Assembly (NCBI GenBank): GCA_029564175.1
Contig: JAKQQL010000278.1
Span: 1-18,804 of the forward strand
Length of the DNA stretch: 18,804 nt
Direction of reading: 5' to 3'
DNA from: Candidatus Cloacimonadota bacterium
Lineage (GTDB): Bacteria; Cloacimonadota; Cloacimonadia; Cloacimonadales; WRIO01
The notes under the pieces were generated by a model. That model was not told where the DNA came from. It did not search any database and was given only the letters and a program-made list of their open reading frames with translations. A program made the position numbers and the translations under genes. Every line of letters begins with the position of its first letter. Position 1 is the stretch's first letter. Below are positions 1 to 7,325 of the stretch, in pieces.

Positions 1-2
1 CC

Positions 3-2168
3 TTGGTATGCAATGAATTTAATTGGTATAGTGCTTTTGGTAAACCAAGAAAGGTTGAATGTACTACATTACTCAACAAAATGGAAGACAAAGAGATAAT
101 TCAGTTACCAAAGAAACAATTTCGGGCAATGAAAGGAACCAGAAAGCAAGAATTTGAATTTTCTCTTGTTAATGTAGAATGCTCATTAGAAGAATTGGGA
201 CCAATTGAGATTATCCTGGCAAAGAATAATAAGTGCAAGTTATGGAATTATTTAGTAGAGAAGTATCATTATTTACATAATTCAAAACTGGTCGGTACAC
301 AAATCAGATATTTGATCAAAAGTCCTAAATACGGGTATCTGGGAGCTCTAAGTTTTAACAGCTCTTCTTTTAAACTTGAGCGAAGAGATCTTCTATTGGG
401 AATAACGAATCAAAACAGAGCAGATATGCTTAACCGGATAATTTGTAACAGCAGAACCCTGATTTTGCCAGGTATAAAAATAAATAACCTGATTTCTCAT
501 ATATTTAAACTTGTTTTTCAAAGATTGTCTGCTGATTGGGAAAATTTGACCGGCATTAAGCCTGTAATGGTAGAGACTTTTGTGGATAAAGCCCATTATT
601 TGGGGACATGTTATAAAGCTTCAAACTGGATAAACATAGGGCAGACAAAAGGTCGTGGCAGAAATGACCAGTATAACAAGTATGAAAAATCCATAAAAGA
701 CATTTACCTTTACCCATTGGACCGTAAATATAACGATAAGTTAATAAAAGCGTTAGATAAAGAAGTAAAAAACCGGAAGCAAGAAAGCTGGGCCAAAAAG
801 GAGTTAAAAACATTATCCTTTGGCAATAAAAGAATAGAAGACAGATGTTGCAATATGCTGGAAAAACTGTATGAAAAGCCATGCTCAAGTTTAATGGAAG
901 TTTTCAAAGGAAGTAAAGCCGCGATAAAGGGAAGCTACAGGCTAATAAACAATGAAAGGGTTCAAATGAAATCAATTTTAAATGCTCATTATGATTCGAC
1001 TTGTGAACGAATTAACGAACATACGGGTAAATACATATTATGTGTTCAGGACACGTCCGAAATTGACTATAGTACTCTCGATGATGCAGAAGGTCTTGGG
1101 TATTTACATAAAAGTACGAAAGGATTGTTATTGCATGATACGATGGCATTTACGGAAAATGGTACACCACTGGGTTTGCTTGATGCTCAGGTTTGGGCAA
1201 GGAAAGATGAAGATTTTGGGAAAAAGCATAAAAGGCAACAGCTTCCAATTGAAAAAAAAGAGAGTATGAAATGGTTAAACAGCTTTAATGCCTGTGAGAA
1301 GTATCATGACAGATGCAGTTCAAAAACCTTTATCAATATAGGCGACAGGGAATCAGATTTATATGAATTGTTTGCGGAAAAACATAATTCAAATGCTAAA
1401 ACAGAACTACTTGTCAGATGTGAAAAAACAAGAAAAAGGAATACTTCTGATGGCTATGTATGGGATGTTTTGCCTAAAGAAAAAGAAATGTTCAGGATGA
1501 ATGTCCATGTTCCAAAGAGTGGTGTGCGGATTGCCCGTGATGCAGTTGTTTCTGTCAGAGTAAAACGGGTTGAGCTAATACCTCCCATTGGTAAAAAAAA
1601 CTTACCTTCCATAGAGGCAACATGTATTTATGTGTCAGAAATCACTAAAGCATCTGATAAAATCAGTAAGCCTTTAGAATGGATGCTGATTACCACAATA
1701 AATGTTCAAAGCAAAAAGGAAATACAATTTATGATCCAATGCTATGTCTTAAGATGGTGTATAGAAATATATCATAAGACATTGAAAAGTGGCTGTTTAG
1801 TAGAAAAAAGACAATTCCATTCAGCAGAAAATCTGATGAAAATGTTGGCCTTGGATATGATAGTAGCCTTTAGAATATACCACCTGACAAAACTTGGAAG
1901 AGAGACGCCAGATGTCTCTTGTACTGTTTTTTTTGAAGAAGCCGAGTGGCAGGCATTGCTGATAGAAAACAATAAAACAATTGATAAGCCGCCAACCATA
2001 AATGAAATGATCATAATGATAGCACAATTAGGTGGTTATATGAACAGAAAAAGCGATCCGCCTCCTGGAACAAAGGTAATATGGAAAGGGTTAAAACATC
2101 TTAATATAATGAAAAATATGTATATATCCGTTAAAAATGTATTATTGTCTAAAAAACCGCATGCGTAG
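3..2168 (+). CDS. DUF4338 (DruA-like) domain fused to IS4-family Tn5-like DDE transposase; probably 5'-partial
   Basis: Aa ~80-240 carry DUF4338 motifs (WNYLVEKYHYL, LVGTQIRY, NSRTLILP, ADW, VETFVD, GTCYKASNWINIGQTKGRGR, KDIYLYPL). From aa ~263 there is a Tn5-type DNA-binding domain (WAKKE..FGNKRIEDR..KGSYRLINN). Catalytic residues are D350 (QDTSE), D448 (GDRESD) and the YREK motif Y581-R584-E588-K595. The C-terminal dimerisation motif is LGGYMNRKSDPPPGTKVIWKG. The TTG at 3 is at the window edge and is probably not the true start. Confidence 0.92.
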   Translation: MVCNEFNWYSAFGKPRKVECTTLLNKMEDKEIIQLPKKQFRAMKGTRKQEFEFSLVNVECSLEELGPIEIILAKNNKCKLWNYLVEKYHYLHNSKLVGTQIRYLIKSPKYGYLGALSFNSSSFKLERRDLLLGITNQNRADMLNRIICNSRTLILPGIKINNLISHIFKLVFQRLSADWENLTGIKPVMVETFVDKAHYLGTCYKASNWINIGQTKGRGRNDQYNKYEKSIKDIYLYPLDRKYNDKLIKALDKEVKNRKQESWAKKELKTLSFGNKRIEDRCCNMLEKLYEKPCSSLMEVFKGSKAAIKGSYRLINNERVQMKSILNAHYDSTCERINEHTGKYILCVQDTSEIDYSTLDDAEGLGYLHKSTKGLLLHDTMAFTENGTPLGLLDAQVWARKDEDFGKKHKRQQLPIEKKESMKWLNSFNACEKYHDRCSSKTFINIGDRESDLYELFAEKHNSNAKTELLVRCEKTRKRNTSDGYVWDVLPKEKEMFRMNVHVPKSGVRIARDAVVSVRVKRVELIPPIGKKNLPSIEATCIYVSEITKASDKISKPLEWMLITTINVQSKKEIQFMIQCYVLRWCIEIYHKTLKSGCLVEKRQFHSAENLMKMLALDMIVAFRIYHLTKLGRETPDVSCTVFFEEAEWQALLIENNKTIDKPPTINEMIIMIAQLGGYMNRKSDPPPGTKVIWKGLKHLNIMKNMYISVKNVLLSKKPHA

Positions 2169-2173
2169 AATAA

Positions 2174-2192
2174 AGTTTTGGGGTAGGGTAAG
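2174..2192 (+). repeat. Candidate right terminal inverted repeat (IRR) of the IS4 element
   Basis: 19 nt directly downstream of the transposase stop, 11/19 identical to the IS50 OE. The partner left end is not in the window, so this cannot be confirmed here. Confidence 0.6.
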
Positions 2193-2198
2193 TCCAAA

Positions 2199-2334
2199 GT
2201 AGGGGAATGCTTCGCTCCATTTAGTAAATCCCTACAAACTTTTCTCTTTGCGAACTTTGCGTACTTAGCGAGGAAAAGAATGCAAACAAGGATGTTTGCA
2301 GAACAGCTATCCGCAAGCTGGTAGCTTAGGATAC
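2199..2334. repeat. Cluster of REP-like palindromes and a 9-nt-period tandem repeat
   Basis: GTAGGGG(2199-2205)...TCCCTAC(2229-2235); CTTTGCGAA-CTTTGCGTA-CTTAGCGAG (2246-2272); TGCAAACA-agga-TGTTTGCA (2281-2300); TATCC-gc-AAGCT-ggt-AGCTT-a-GGATA-c (2308-2334). Confidence 0.6.
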
Positions 2335-2521
2335 AAGTTTATCTGGCATAATAAATGCATTTGATTCATTTAATGGGAATACTACCTCATACAGACAGAA
2401 ACATTACAATCAGCACCAGCAGGTAATTCCAGGATAGTGAGGACAAAGTTCTATATCTGAATGATATAAGATTAAAATCGTGACTATATTAAAAAAATAT
2501 AGCAGTAAAGAGGGAGGACAA

Positions 2522-5500
2522 ATGGTTAAGAGATTACTAGTCGTATGCCTGATGATATTCAGCATACTGGCATTAGTTGCAGAGGTGAAGTACAGTTCAT
2601 TACGGGTGAATTGCCCTAATGATATTCAACTCAAAAAGTTACTCACACAAGGTTTTGATGTGATGGTAAAAGAAGGAGTTAAAAATAATCAGGTAAAAGT
2701 GATTGCCAATCAGTATGACAGACAAAAACTGAATCAGTTAGGTTATACGTATGATGTGGAACACGAAGATATCACTGCTTTTCTAAAAACTCGTTTTACT
2801 CAGCCAAGTGTGCGCAATAATCAAATCGGTCAGGGGAGTATGAGTGGTTATTTTACTTATACTGAGATAGTTGATTTTGTAGATTCTTTACACACTGCCT
2901 ATCCCAATATCATGTCAGCACCTGTAACAATCGGTCAAACGGCTGAAGGGCACAGCATACAAGCTTATAAAATTTCTGATAATCCAAACAGCAATGAAAG
3001 TGAGCCTGAAGTCCTGATCACTGGTATGCACCATGCCAGAGAGCCGATGTCCATTGTAGCACCCTTGTACTATACCCAATGGCTATTGGAAAATTATAAT
3101 ACAAATGAACTTGCCACATATCTGGTTAATGAAAGAGAAATCTGGATTGTACCTATACTTAATATTGACGGATATCTCTACAATCAACAGATAGCCCCTC
3201 AGGGCGGCGATATGTGGAGAAAAAACAAACGAGACAACAATAACAATGGTGTCTTTAACAGTAATTTTGATGGTGTCGATATCAATCGTAATTATGGTTT
3301 TGAATGGGGATATGATAATGAAGGTTCAAGCCCTGAGCCAAGTGCAGAAACTTACAGAGGACCTTCTGCATTCTCAGAATTGGAATCTCAAGCGATCAGA
3401 GATTTTTGTATTGACAATAACTTCAGAACCGCTTTGAACTTCCATACCTTTGGAGACCTTTTTATTTATTCAGGTCATGCCAATGGGGATAATTTCCCTG
3501 ATATTGAGCTATTCAGAGAATATGGTGATGATTCAACGAAAGACAACGGATACACCTATGGCAATGATGTAGAAACGGTCAACTATTCTACCAATGGCGG
3601 ATCAGATAACTGGATGTACGGAGACCAAACTCAAAAACCAAAAATCATAACCTTTACACCGGAAATCGGTGATCAACTTGACTACTTCTGGGCACCTACT
3701 TCCAGAATTATGCCGCTTGCTCAGGAAAATCTCTTTCCACAGCAATATATTTCAATGGTAGCAGGTCCTTACTTAGCAATTCAAAAAAGCCGTGTGAATG
3801 ACAGCACCGGTGGTGACGGTGATATGTCAGGAGAAGCTGGCGAAACATTTAATTTTATCGTAAAAGTCAGAAATAAAGGATACATGGATGCGCTTAGTAA
3901 TGTAACAGCTACTTTGAGCAGTAGCAATCCAATGGTAACCATCAATAATGCAAGCTCAAACATCACAAGTATCAACCCATTAAGCGAAGCAGAATTTACA
4001 TTTAACATCAGTCTTTCTACTCAATTGGCTTCAGGGACTACAGTTGCATTTGATATTCATTTTAACGGATCTAATAATTACATCATAACAGAGCATTTCA
4101 ATCACACTTTTGGTTCTCCAATCGTACTCTTCTTTGATGGCGCTGAAAATGGCATGGCTAATTGGGTCACAAATCAAACATGGAATACCAGCAATGAAAA
4201 AGCGGCTCATGGAGAATTCAGTTTTACCGACAGTCCGCATGCAGAATATCTAAACAATACCGATAACAAAATCACTCTGGCAAACCCAATTGATCTAAGC
4301 TTTGCAAACAATGCTTTCCTGAAATATCAAATCAGATGGAATCTGGAAAGACATTTCGACAAGGTTCAAATTCAGTTGTTAAACAACAGTAATTCATGGA
4401 TAAATGCAGATGGAGAATACACCACTTATGGAACCGGTGCAGGCGTTCAAGAAACAGGAGAGCCTGTATATAATGGGTTTAAAGATATTAAGTGGTCAGA
4501 TGAAACCATTCAGCTCAATAATGTGCTCAACAATAATTTCAAATTCAGATACTCACTTGAATCAGATGAAGGTGTTACAGCCGATGGAGTTTATGTTGAT
4601 GATGTGATGGTTGTAGCCTATACAGATAATCCAATGCCACCTGTTATCGCCTATGTCAGAAACATTTCTGATAATACAGATTTTCTCGGACCTTATGAAA
4701 TCAAAGCCATCATCAGCGATGCGCAAGGAATTTCTTCTGCGGTTCTCAAATACAGTACCGATAACAGCATCTTTTATGATGTCAATATGACAGATACAGA
4801 AAAGAATTTTTATAGCGCCTCCATTCCTATGATGGAACTTGGTACCACTGTCTATTACAAGGTTTCAGCAACTGATCAAAGTAATAACACAGTAAATAGC
4901 CCTATCTTTTCATTTATGGTTTCAAGCAATCCCCCAATTATCGCAACAACTGCATCAGTCTTTGATTTCGTTGTACAGGGAAGCGGAAATGTTCAGGATA
5001 CATTTGAAATCAGTAACAATGGTATTTTGCCTTTAGACTTTAACATTATTGCGACACCTATCATTCCAACACGCTCCAGTGTAAATCCAACTGAGGCATT
5101 GAAACGTATTCAAAACATAAAATCAGCTGAGTTTATTTCATCTGATCAAAAAGTAAAAGAAACTACAAGAGACCCTCAGCTGATTATTCAAGATACTACT
5201 GATGAGTTAAGCGTTGATTTCAGAGATATCGAATCCATCTATGCAGAATTAGTAAACAATGAAATGAATATCACAGTAAATATGGCTGATAATGTAAACT
5301 GGCAAAATACTTTGCTGGTGATTTCTTTTGATACGGATCAAAACATCAACACAGGCAACTATCCTCCTTCTTTTGGTGTCGGCTTAGAAGAACAAAATAT
5401 CGGATCAGATTACGAATTGGTTGTGGATGCAGGTAATCAAATAGGTAATGGAGCAGGTGCATTTATCATCTCATATGACGGAAATTCATTAATAGGTCTT

Positions 5501-6166
5501 GCCGACATGACCCCATCTGCTAATTCAATCCAACTCACCTTCGATTATAGTTTACTTCAAGATACTGACAACAACTGTGATGTAACAGCGGTTTCTCTGA
5601 TTTCTCAAACAAGCAATGCGATTGATTATGCACCAAATATGGGACATGGTACCATTGGTTTACCAGGATCCCCTTCATGGTTAGGAATGATTCCAAATCA
5701 GGGACATCTGGGCAGTAATGAAAGTGTTCAGGTAACGGTTAACGCTTCAGGTCAATACCTTACGGCAGGGACTTACATGGCTGATATGCATATCATGTCA
5801 AATGATCCGGTAACCCCAGAAATCATCGTACCTGTCAGTATGATTGTAAATCCCAACAGCACTGAAGAAAATCCTCAACTCATTACCGACAATCATCTCT
5901 TCAAAAACTATCCAAATCCTTTTAATCCAGAAACCAATATTCGCTTTAATGTGGCAAAGGACAGTCGTGTGAAGATTGAAGTGTTCAATATTAAAGGACA
6001 AAAAGTATCCACGCTAACTGACAGAATGTATTCAAAAGGTGGCTATCAAGTCATCTGGAACGGCAAAGATGCCAATAACAACGCTGTGGGTTCAGGGATT
6101 TATTTCTACAAAATGAGTATCAATAATCAGAATATCAGCACTCAGAAAATGATGTTGATAAAATAA
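2522..6166 (+). CDS. Secreted multidomain M14 zinc carboxypeptidase (carboxypeptidase T-like) with Ig/beta-sandwich domains and a C-terminal FlgD-Ig (T9SS-CTD-like) domain
   Basis: GGAGG RBS just before ATG 2522, preferred over GTG 2480. Signal peptide MVKRLLVVCLMIFSILALVA, then a propeptide. M14 motifs HHAREP (HxxE), WRKNKR, GVDINRNY, NFHTFG (third Zn ligand) and FTPEIG (catalytic Glu). A beta-sandwich domain spans FFDGAENG...DGVYVDDV. The C-terminus reads NYPNPFNPET...IWNGKD...SGIYFYKM...KMMLIK. Confidence 0.92.
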   Translation: MVKRLLVVCLMIFSILALVAEVKYSSLRVNCPNDIQLKKLLTQGFDVMVKEGVKNNQVKVIANQYDRQKLNQLGYTYDVEHEDITAFLKTRFTQPSVRNNQIGQGSMSGYFTYTEIVDFVDSLHTAYPNIMSAPVTIGQTAEGHSIQAYKISDNPNSNESEPEVLITGMHHAREPMSIVAPLYYTQWLLENYNTNELATYLVNEREIWIVPILNIDGYLYNQQIAPQGGDMWRKNKRDNNNNGVFNSNFDGVDINRNYGFEWGYDNEGSSPEPSAETYRGPSAFSELESQAIRDFCIDNNFRTALNFHTFGDLFIYSGHANGDNFPDIELFREYGDDSTKDNGYTYGNDVETVNYSTNGGSDNWMYGDQTQKPKIITFTPEIGDQLDYFWAPTSRIMPLAQENLFPQQYISMVAGPYLAIQKSRVNDSTGGDGDMSGEAGETFNFIVKVRNKGYMDALSNVTATLSSSNPMVTINNASSNITSINPLSEAEFTFNISLSTQLASGTTVAFDIHFNGSNNYIITEHFNHTFGSPIVLFFDGAENGMANWVTNQTWNTSNEKAAHGEFSFTDSPHAEYLNNTDNKITLANPIDLSFANNAFLKYQIRWNLERHFDKVQIQLLNNSNSWINADGEYTTYGTGAGVQETGEPVYNGFKDIKWSDETIQLNNVLNNNFKFRYSLESDEGVTADGVYVDDVMVVAYTDNPMPPVIAYVRNISDNTDFLGPYEIKAIISDAQGISSAVLKYSTDNSIFYDVNMTDTEKNFYSASIPMMELGTTVYYKVSATDQSNNTVNSPIFSFMVSSNPPIIATTASVFDFVVQGSGNVQDTFEISNNGILPLDFNIIATPIIPTRSSVNPTEALKRIQNIKSAEFISSDQKVKETTRDPQLIIQDTTDELSVDFRDIESIYAELVNNEMNITVNMADNVNWQNTLLVISFDTDQNINTGNYPPSFGVGLEEQNIGSDYELVVDAGNQIGNGAGAFIISYDGNSLIGLADMTPSANSIQLTFDYSLLQDTDNNCDVTAVSLISQTSNAIDYAPNMGHGTIGLPGSPSWLGMIPNQGHLGSNESVQVTVNASGQYLTAGTYMADMHIMSNDPVTPEIIVPVSMIVNPNSTEENPQLITDNHLFKNYPNPFNPETNIRFNVAKDSRVKIEVFNIKGQKVSTLTDRMYSKGGYQVIWNGKDANNNAVGSGIYFYKMSINNQNISTQKMMLIK

Positions 6167-6181
6167 ATTATCTTTTAGCAT

Positions 6182-6214
6182 ACAGGTGGCATGATTATGC
6201 CACCTGTTTTTTTT
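6182..6214 (+). terminator. Rho-independent terminator of the carboxypeptidase gene
   Basis: 11-bp stem ACAGGTGGCAT-gatt-ATGCCACCTGT followed by a T run, 15 nt after the stop codon. Confidence 0.9.
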
Positions 6215-6224
6215 GATTTGAATG

Positions 6225-6554
6225 TTATTCTCCAATCAAAACTGTTTTAATGTTAGCCTTTGATTTGAAAGATAAATATAAAAGATAAGGCGCTAAAAAA
6301 GACATCCCTAAAACAAATGCAGTTATACCTAATATAATACCGCTGAAACTAAAGTGATTTCTCCAGCTCACCCATAGACCTGTTAAAGACAAAAAGCCTA
6401 AGAAATCAAGATTGAACTGACCTGACCAATCCATCTGAGCTATATTTCCAAAGAACACAGGAAAAAGATTCCACCCATAAACCTGAGTCGTTTTTATTGT
6501 GTACGCTAAGACAACAATAAAGGCTACCATCAGATAAACTCTTAATACCTTCAT
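6225..6554 (-). CDS. Small (109 aa) integral membrane protein, about 3 hydrophobic helices, function unknown
   Basis: AGGAG RBS upstream of the ATG; hydrophobic segments; a motif W-x-GQFNLDF...LWVSWR; divergent from a TetR gene. Confidence 0.85.
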   Translation of the reverse strand: MKVLRVYLMVAFIVVLAYTIKTTQVYGWNLFPVFFGNIAQMDWSGQFNLDFLGFLSLTGLWVSWRNHFSFSGIILGITAFVLGMSFLAPYLLYLSFKSKANIKTVLIGE

Positions 6555-6584
6555 AAGACACTCCTATATATTGTAATAAGCTAT

Positions 6585-6612
6585 AAATGTAGCAAACGCT
6601 ACATTTTGTCAA
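6585..6612 (-). promoter_or_regulatory. Candidate TetR operator overlapping the promoter of the membrane-protein gene
   Basis: Perfect 9-bp inverted repeat AAATGTAGC-aaac-GCTACATTT (6585-6606), immediately downstream of a minus-strand TTGACA (6612-6607). Confidence 0.75.
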
Positions 6613-6676
6613 GAGAATTCCAATCATATTATATCTTTCTATTTTTCATATCATTACAAATTTTGAAAAGTATTGA

Positions 6677-6705
6677 TTGACAGATTATTTGAAGTATTTC
6701 AAATA
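6677..6705 (+). promoter_or_regulatory. TTGACA plus a second palindrome upstream of the TetR gene
   Basis: TTGACA at 6677-6682, then a perfect 8-bp inverted repeat TATTTGAA-gtat-TTCAAATA (6686-6705), then a GAGGT RBS. No clean -10 at canonical spacing. Confidence 0.45.
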
Positions 6706-6720
6706 TGGTTGAGGTAAAAG

Positions 6721-7275
6721 ATGAATAAGAACCATGAGAAAAAACAGATATTGATTGAAAATCTGGCTAATCATATTTTAAACAAAGGAATGTTTGATAC
6801 AAGCCTGAGGTCAATGGCAAAAGCTGTAGGCACAAGTGATCGTATGTTGTTACATTACTTTAAAGATAAAAACGATCTTATAACAGAAGTATTAAACAAG
6901 ATTACTGAGAATTTTATGCAAGTACTATCTGAAATTGATTTTCAGAAAAAGCCCTATATTGAACTATTACAAGATTTCTATCAGACAATCAGAAATCCTT
7001 TGATTCATTCATATACAAAGACCTGGTTGGAGTTAGCTGCTTTATCAGCAAATGGAGATCAACCTTATAAAACAGTAAGCCAGAAGTTCATGGCTGAATT
7101 TTTATCATGGATAAAAACAAAGATCATCCCTGATGAATCAATCGATACTGAAGATTTATCCGCCTTTGTCTTGTTGATCACAGAAGGAATGATATTTTTG
7201 AATTCTATTGATGCGAGTCATCAGATTGATAAGTCGCTATCAGTTTTACTAAAGATAAAAACACAAAAAAAATAG
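6721..7275 (+). CDS. TetR/AcrR family transcriptional regulator
   Basis: N-terminal HTH TSLRSMAKAVGTSDRMLLHYFKDKNDLI; 184 aa; GAGGT RBS. Confidence 0.93.
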   Translation: MNKNHEKKQILIENLANHILNKGMFDTSLRSMAKAVGTSDRMLLHYFKDKNDLITEVLNKITENFMQVLSEIDFQKKPYIELLQDFYQTIRNPLIHSYTKTWLELAALSANGDQPYKTVSQKFMAEFLSWIKTKIIPDESIDTEDLSAFVLLITEGMIFLNSIDASHQIDKSLSVLLKIKTQKK

Positions 7276-7278
7276 CTC

Positions 7279-7316
7279 AAAAAAAGGCAGGGACAAGCCC
7301 TGCCTAAATCTTTTTT
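7279..7316. terminator. Probably bidirectional intrinsic terminator between the convergent TetR and DUF3332 genes
   Basis: Stem AGGCAGGG-acaag-CCCTGCCT (7285-7305), with an A run on the left (U-tract on the minus strand) and a T run at 7311-7316. Confidence 0.8.
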
Positions 7317-7325
7317 GTGATAGAA

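Larger units (their letters stand above)
1..2192 (+). mobile_element. IS4-family insertion sequence (IS50/Tn5 group), left part outside the window
   Basis: Encodes a Tn5-like transposase. The segment 2174-2192 (AGTTTTGGGGTAGGGTAAG), starting 6 nt after the stop, matches the reverse complement of the IS50 outside end (ACTTGTGTATAAGAGTCAG) at 11/19 positions, including the terminal GT-x-AG. Confidence 0.8.

Noticed and set aside
581..589. Perfect DnaA box (TGTGGATAA = reverse complement of TTATCCACA)
   Set aside because: It is a single copy inside codons for the conserved FVDK motif, with no cluster and no origin-like context, so it is likely chance.
3..720. Complete Druantia anti-phage system
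   Set aside because: Only a DruA-like domain fused to a transposase is visible. There are no druB-E/helicase genes in the window, and upstream sequence is unseen.
393..2027. Short antisense and alternate-frame ORFs within the transposase gene
   Set aside because: They are shadow ORFs of a well-supported gene, with no recognisable motifs or RBS.
2199..2334. CRISPR array or tRNA/ncRNA gene
   Set aside because: There are no equal-length repeats with unique spacers, no cloverleaf and no cas genes. The hairpins are all different.
2480..2521. GTG start at 2480 for the carboxypeptidase
   Set aside because: ATG 2522 has a GGAGG RBS and gives a proper signal peptide.
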